From Candidatus Nanopusillus sp. (GTDB lineage Archaea > Nanobdellota > Nanobdellia > Nanobdellales > Nanobdellaceae), in the NCBI GenBank assembly GCA_049414405.1, contig JBMSAQ010000008.1:1-32000 (forward strand): a stretch of DNA of 32,000 nucleotides. The letters are read 5' to 3'. Under the pieces are notes generated by a model that saw nothing but the letters and a program-made list of their open reading frames with translations, did no database searches and was not told where the DNA came from. The position numbers were made by a program, and so were the translations under genes. Positions 26,934 through 32,000 of this stretch are shown piece after piece. The stretch's first letter is position 1; every line of letters begins with the position of its first letter.

Positions 26934-28664
26934 ATGGCGGATCTTAAGGATGATATATTGAATAGTGAATATAAAGATAGAATAATTGGAATAATAGAAT
27001 TTAAAGAAAAGAAAGATAATATACTGAATTTATTGAAAGAATTAATTTATTATAGTTCTATAATAGTAAGGGAAGATTTATTTGAAAAATATAAAAGAGA
27101 AATAGAAGTATATAAACATTGGGTAATAATTTTATCAGATTTTGATTTAAATTCGGAAGAAAAAATAAAATTAAAAGCATCATTTTTGGAAAAATATTTA
27201 CAAAAGATAAAAAATGAAAAGTTAGATATATGGTTACATGTTTTATTGATTGAAGATATAAAAAATATTGCAATGGATTCAAGATTTGAATTATTGGATT
27301 TATTAGCAATTGGAAATGCAATATATGATAAGGGAATATTTGAAATATTTAAGTTAACAAGTATTCATAAAAAATTAATAATCGATATACTACAAAGATA
27401 TGTTGTTGCATACGTTTTAGCAGGTTCTCAGGTAAAAGGAAAAAGTATCGAATCTTCCGATATAGATGTATATGTTGTAATTGATGATACTGACGTTAAA
27501 CAACACACATTTGAAGAATTAAAAATAAAATTGATGGATTTAATAATAAGTAAAGCAATGGAAGTAAAAATATTAGTTAATTCTAATAAAGAATTGCACC
27601 CACAGGTTTATACTTTAACAGAGTTCTGGTTAGCAATGTCAGAATCAAATCCTGTAATAATTACATTCTTAAGAGATGGAATACCTTTATATGATAGAGG
27701 AATGTTTATTGCATGGAAACAACTATTATTAAAAGGAATTATAAAACCATCACAAGAAGCCGCTAATAAATACATAATTGCTGCAGAGAATACATTGAAA
27801 GAGGCTAGAAATAAATTGAAAAATATGATAAATAATTTAATAGTTGAAGATTTGGCAGTTGCAATGGTTACATCTGCCCAGGCAGTAATAATGGATTATG
27901 GTTTACTACCAGGAGATCCAAAAGAAACTCCAGAGATGTTAAAAAAATTATTCGTAGATAGAGGAATATTAAATATGGAGTATGTGAATATATTATCTGA
28001 AGTATGGAAAATGAGAAAAGATTTTGAATATGGTAAGGTAAGTGAATATAAATATGAAGATTTAATGAAAGTATTTGAAAAAGCTGAAAAATTTATATCC
28101 GAAATGAAAAATATAAAGCAAATTATTGATAAAGAAAACGAAAAGAAAATAATAGATAATTATATATTGATTTATGAAGAACTAAAAGTAAAGTTTCAAG
28201 ACCTATTTGATATTGAATATAATAATTACGTGAAAGAAAAAATGCCAATAGAATATGGTGGATTAGAAAATTTGGAAAATAATATTAAAAATTATAAAGA
28301 GAAGAAGTATGATATAGTCGAATTGGAAAAATTAAAGGAATTATTATTGTATCATATTAGAAATATAAGAAATTTAATTGAGAATAAGAGAGAAGAATTA
28401 TTATTAAGGTTTAAATATTCTATAATAGATAAAGAAAAAAACAAAAGTTATGATCTATATCTGTTAAAATCTAAATTATACATAGTAACAGAAAATGGAA
28501 TTGATGTATATGATTATAACGGGAATAAGATTGGTACATTTAATGATCTAAAATATAAGGAAGAAATGATTAAAGATATTAGTAAGGAAGGTTTAAATTA
28601 TATAGATAGTAATGTTATTGGTATGTTAAATAAAATATTTAAAGATTATTATATATCAAAATAG
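26934..28664 (+). CDS. Large protein with a degenerate NTase-like repeat, an intact minimal nucleotidyltransferase domain and a HEPN-like helical domain
   Basis: GS...DIDVYVVIDD at aa 164-185 (27423-27488). An earlier paralogous segment lacks GS/DxD. Helical region aa ~273-395 contains RKDFEY where HEPN has Rx4-6H. The C-terminal 180 aa are unassigned. Confidence 0.6.
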   Translation: MADLKDDILNSEYKDRIIGIIEFKEKKDNILNLLKELIYYSSIIVREDLFEKYKREIEVYKHWVIILSDFDLNSEEKIKLKASFLEKYLQKIKNEKLDIWLHVLLIEDIKNIAMDSRFELLDLLAIGNAIYDKGIFEIFKLTSIHKKLIIDILQRYVVAYVLAGSQVKGKSIESSDIDVYVVIDDTDVKQHTFEELKIKLMDLIISKAMEVKILVNSNKELHPQVYTLTEFWLAMSESNPVIITFLRDGIPLYDRGMFIAWKQLLLKGIIKPSQEAANKYIIAAENTLKEARNKLKNMINNLIVEDLAVAMVTSAQAVIMDYGLLPGDPKETPEMLKKLFVDRGILNMEYVNILSEVWKMRKDFEYGKVSEYKYEDLMKVFEKAEKFISEMKNIKQIIDKENEKKIIDNYILIYEELKVKFQDLFDIEYNNYVKEKMPIEYGGLENLENNIKNYKEKKYDIVELEKLKELLLYHIRNIRNLIENKREELLLRFKYSIIDKEKNKSYDLYLLKSKLYIVTENGIDVYDYNGNKIGTFNDLKYKEEMIKDISKEGLNYIDSNVIGMLNKIFKDYYISK

Positions 28665-28666
28665 AG

Positions 28667-29011
28667 ATGAAGGGTATAATATTAAATTATAGGATGGGTA
28701 GGCATCATATATATCCAAATCAAGTAATAGTAAAATTTGAAAATATAAATAATAAGTATGAGGCAAGTAAGTATATTGGAAAGCATGTGATATGGGTAAG
28801 TCCTGGAAAGAAAATTTTTATTGGAAAAATTGTTGATACACATGGAAATAAGGGTAATTTAAGGGTTAGATTTAATAAAGGAATACCAGGACAAGCTTTA
28901 GGAGATATTGTTTTATTAATTGATAATATAAATAAAGTAAAAGAAATAAAGGAAAAAATAAAAAATGCAAAAGATATAAATCAGATAAGGAGTATTTTAA
29001 TTAATGCTTAA
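28667..29011 (+). CDS. rpl35ae: 50S ribosomal protein L35Ae (eL33) with a K-rich C-terminal extension
   Basis: GIILNYRMGRHHIYPNQVIVKF...GKHVIWVSPGKKIFIGKIVDTHGNKGNLRVRFNKGIPGQALG. Confidence 0.85.
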   Translation: MKGIILNYRMGRHHIYPNQVIVKFENINNKYEASKYIGKHVIWVSPGKKIFIGKIVDTHGNKGNLRVRFNKGIPGQALGDIVLLIDNINKVKEIKEKIKNAKDINQIRSILINA

Positions 29012-29675
29012 ATTTACTAGAACTGAAGGTTTAATATTTTTTAATAAAATTTTAGTTATTTCTGATTTACATATAGGGATTGAAAAAGAATTGTATAAAA
29101 AAGGGATAAATATACCATCTCAGGTGAATTATTATATAAATAAAATAAGGAAAATATATGAAAAACATAATTTAAAATATTTGATTATTGATGGGGATTT
29201 AAAACATAATGTACCTGAAACGAGTTTACAAGAGATTTTTGATATCCCTTATTTTATAAATGAAATTTCCCAATATTTCAAGAAAATATATATAATAAAG
29301 GGAAATCATGATGGTGATATTGAAGATTTAATTACTGGGATAAATAATGTTAAAATTTTAAAGGCATTAAAGATAAAAAATGTTGTATTTACTCATGGAC
29401 ATTTAAATACAAAATTAAAGGGGAAATATTATGTTATTGGACATCATCATTTTGCAAAAATTATATCTACAAGTATTGGAGAAAGTATATATGAAAAGGT
29501 TTTTATAATTGGATATAAAGGTAATAAAGTAATTATAATTTTACCTGCATTTTCTGATTTGGCTGGATTATGGGATGTTGGAGAATTTCAAGGTCCGATT
29601 GCAAAGGGAATAGAAAAATATGAAGTATACACATTGGATGGAATATTAATTGAGGAAAAAGAAATTAAAAATTAG
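29004..29675 (+). CDS. Calcineurin-like metallophosphoesterase (small archaeal ICC/MJ0037-like type)
   Basis: SDLHIG, DGDLKH, GNHD, THGH, GHHH. Confidence 0.75.
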   Translation: MLKFTRTEGLIFFNKILVISDLHIGIEKELYKKGINIPSQVNYYINKIRKIYEKHNLKYLIIDGDLKHNVPETSLQEIFDIPYFINEISQYFKKIYIIKGNHDGDIEDLITGINNVKILKALKIKNVVFTHGHLNTKLKGKYYVIGHHHFAKIISTSIGESIYEKVFIIGYKGNKVIIILPAFSDLAGLWDVGEFQGPIAKGIEKYEVYTLDGILIEEKEIKN

Positions 29676-29689
29676 GGTTTAATATTCTT

Positions 29690-30319
29690 TTATCTCCCTC
29701 TGACAATTTTATTTTCTTCATTAATTATCTTTTCTTCTTCTTTTATATACTTTTTTAACTTATTTATCATGTTTTTTTCTTCATTAATTAATTTTTTTAA
29801 TTTTTTTAAATCTCTAATTATAGCTTCATTTTTAATCTCTTTCTCTAAGTTCTCTAATAGTCGATGTTTTTCATTATAAATATGGGCAATTTCATTAAGA
29901 ATTCTGTTTTCTTGGGCATGTTTTTCTGCTGCAGCTAATATTTCTGATTTTATTTTTTCAAGTTCATGTTTTTTAAATGATAAACCTTTTTGCTCGGCTC
30001 TATGTATTTCTTCATTGTAAGCGTTTAATACTTTTTCTAATGATCTTATTTCATTTGCTATATGTACACGTAAGCTATAGAGTATGTTGGCTTCCTTATC
30101 TATATTTGCTGAAAGTTCACAAAATTTTCTACCCAATTCATTACCTAAAAGATTATGATAAGCTTGATTATGACAATAACTTCTTATATATTTTTGTCTT
30201 TCTAAATTATTTTGTAATTTTGTTAAAATTGCAAAAAGTTCTTTTCTTTCATTTCTTATTTTTTTATTTAAATTTTTTAATGTGTTCTTAGCTCTATTAA
30301 GGAAGTTCTTGAGTACCAT
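29690..30319 (-). CDS. Hypothetical coiled-coil protein
   Basis: 209 aa with heptad-like K/E/L/N-rich sequence. No catalytic motif. Confidence 0.45.
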   Translation of the reverse strand: MVLKNFLNRAKNTLKNLNKKIRNERKELFAILTKLQNNLERQKYIRSYCHNQAYHNLLGNELGRKFCELSANIDKEANILYSLRVHIANEIRSLEKVLNAYNEEIHRAEQKGLSFKKHELEKIKSEILAAAEKHAQENRILNEIAHIYNEKHRLLENLEKEIKNEAIIRDLKKLKKLINEEKNMINKLKKYIKEEEKIINEENKIVRGR

Positions 30320-30443
30320 ATTTTAGTAGGAGATCTTGGAAATTATAAATTTTTATATAGGAAGATTTTATTTACTTATCTAAACTATTTTTAAATAAGT
30401 TAAATCACGATTTATAAAATAATAATTAGATATATACATATCT

Positions 30444-31592
30444 ATGAAGTATAATTTAAATAAAGAGATAGAAGAATTGTTCTTTGAAAGATTTAAGGAT
30501 TTTAATCCAATTCAAAAAATAGCAATTCCTGAAATATTAAATGGAAATAATACTTTAATTATTGCCCCCACAGGATCTGGAAAAACAGAAGCTGCAATAT
30601 TACCTGTATTCTCAAAAATATTAGAATTAAAGGAAAAAGGAATTGAAAACCAATTATTGGGGATTTATATAACACCATTAAGGGCATTGAATAGAGATAT
30701 ATTGGATAGAATAAAATGGTGGTGTGATAATTTGGGTATATCTGTTGCAATTAGACACGGAGATACAGAAGAAAAAGAGAGGGTAAGATTATCTAGAAAA
30801 CCTGTAGAATTTTTGATAACGACTCCAGAAACTTTTCAAGTATTATTTTTAGGAAAAAGATTAAGAGAACAGTTGAAAACGGTAAAATATGTTATTATAG
30901 ATGAATTACATGAATTATTAAATGAAAAAAGAGGAATACAATTATCTTTAGGTTTAGAAAGATTGGTAAATTATGCTGGAGAATTTCAGAGGATTGCGTT
31001 ATCTGCAACAATAGGTGATTTAGATGAAGCTTCAAAATTTATTTTTGGATATAGGAATTATAAAGTTGCATATTGGTATGCGGAGAAAAAATATCATATA
31101 GAAGTATATTATCCAAAAATTAGTGAAGAAGATTTGGAATTGGCAAGGAAATATAATTGGAATCCAAAAATAGCATGGAGTTTAAGGAAAATTAAAGAAA
31201 TATTAGATAAACATAGATCTGTAATAATATTTGTAAATACAAGAGAAATGGCGGAATTATTATCTTCAAGATTCAAGGTTTGGCTACCTGAATATAAAAT
31301 TGAAATACATCATAGTTCTTTATCAAGAGAAGTAAGAGAAAGAAACGAAAGATTATTTAAGGAAGGTAAAATTAAAGCAATTATTGCAACATCTTCTTTA
31401 GAACTTGGTATAGATATTGGATATGTTGATGCTGTTATTCAATATAATTCGCCTAGACAAGTTACAAGATTGATACAAAGGATTGGAAGGGCTGGTCATA
31501 AATTACATGAAGTATCCATTGGATATATAATTACAACAGATGTGGATGATTATGCAGAGAGTTTAGCGATTAAAAAATTTGTTTTAGAATAA
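30444..31592 (+). CDS. Lhr-type (large helicase-related) DEAD/DEAH-box helicase, two-RecA core only
   Basis: APTGSGKTEAA (motif I), TPLRALN, DELHEL (II), SAT (III), QRIGRAGH (VI). It stops after RecA2 at 382 aa, whereas Lhr proteins are ~850-950 aa. Confidence 0.8.
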   Translation: MKYNLNKEIEELFFERFKDFNPIQKIAIPEILNGNNTLIIAPTGSGKTEAAILPVFSKILELKEKGIENQLLGIYITPLRALNRDILDRIKWWCDNLGISVAIRHGDTEEKERVRLSRKPVEFLITTPETFQVLFLGKRLREQLKTVKYVIIDELHELLNEKRGIQLSLGLERLVNYAGEFQRIALSATIGDLDEASKFIFGYRNYKVAYWYAEKKYHIEVYYPKISEEDLELARKYNWNPKIAWSLRKIKEILDKHRSVIIFVNTREMAELLSSRFKVWLPEYKIEIHHSSLSREVRERNERLFKEGKIKAIIATSSLELGIDIGYVDAVIQYNSPRQVTRLIQRIGRAGHKLHEVSIGYIITTDVDDYAESLAIKKFVLE

Positions 31593-31617
31593 AGTTATAT
31601 TAAAAAGGTATAAAATT

Positions 31618-31992
31618 TTAGGACCAGCGATAATGGAAGGACCATTGATGGGGGAAATTCTGCCCTTGCCTGCATTTATCGGAGATTTTCGTTTGATAAT
31701 TTTCTATATATTTTTCTAATTTTTTTCTTAAGAGTGGGTATATAGGACTGCCTCTAGAATATTGACTAAAAAAAGAATTTATATCGCGCATAATTTTATT
31801 ATAAATGTCATAAAATTTCCTACAATTTTCTGGGACATTTTCATTACACTCAATATTACTAGATATATTTTCAAGATCTTTAATATCATCCTTAATTAAA
31901 GATATGAAGTTGCTAAAGCTCTCTAATCCATCAGCGAGTTCATTATAACGCCCATAAATTTTCTGGAATTCTTCTAGAGAGGCATCTACCAT
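31618..31992 (-). CDS. Hypothetical protein (124 aa)
   Basis: ORF with its ATG at 31992. No recognisable motif. Confidence 0.35.
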   Translation of the reverse strand: MVDASLEEFQKIYGRYNELADGLESFSNFISLIKDDIKDLENISSNIECNENVPENCRKFYDIYNKIMRDINSFFSQYSRGSPIYPLLRKKLEKYIENYQTKISDKCRQGQNFPHQWSFHYRWS

Positions 31993-32000
31993 ACTTTTAA

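Overview
This is a very AT-rich, tightly packed archaeal chromosome segment. GC content is roughly a quarter by eye (not computed). The only GC-rich stretches are structural RNAs, the pattern expected of a (hyper)thermophile with a reduced genome.

Likely origin (inference): a nanoarchaeote/DPANN-like organism. Four observations support this.
- The 16S and 23S rRNA genes are unlinked and convergent.
- The 16S carries substitutions inside normally universal blocks.
- ArcTGT and an Lhr-type helicase appear as truncated or split genes, as reported for Nanoarchaeum equitans.
- Ribosomal-protein operons are scrambled.

Contents:
- RNA genes: tRNA-Glu(CUC), 23S rRNA (+), 16S rRNA (-), and a ~230-nt promoter-equipped structured RNA that I read as a miniaturised RNase P RNA.
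- Ribosomal proteins: L19e, L15, S5, L30, L10e, S19 and L35Ae, plus two small genes missing from the ORF track (L37e at 6059-6223 and L41e at 25227-25343).
- Translation and modification: HisRS, ProRS with a large insertion, and the ArcTGT catalytic core.
- Cell surface and envelope: a GT2/GtrA glycosyltransferase, and a FlaI-type ATPase facing a FlaJ-type platform protein encoded as two ORFs.
- Other: a ChlI-like AAA+/vWA pair, a HAD phosphatase, a MinD-like ATPase operon containing a 91-aa Dph2 N-terminal fragment, a HIT-fold protein with a destroyed histidine triad, a large NTase/HEPN-like protein, a metallophosphoesterase, and several hypotheticals.

No CRISPR array, transposase or integrase was seen.

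Most interesting:
- the RNase P-like RNA with no room for P2/P3;
- a 16S 3' end without CCUCC;
- a G-to-A change in the sarcin-ricin loop;
- a shared promoter module for the two unlinked rRNA genes, one copy lying inside a 35-nt perfect palindrome;
- several gene fissions or domain losses.

All calls come from reading the sequence and ORF translations. RNA ends are approximate, and no database search or folding computation was run.
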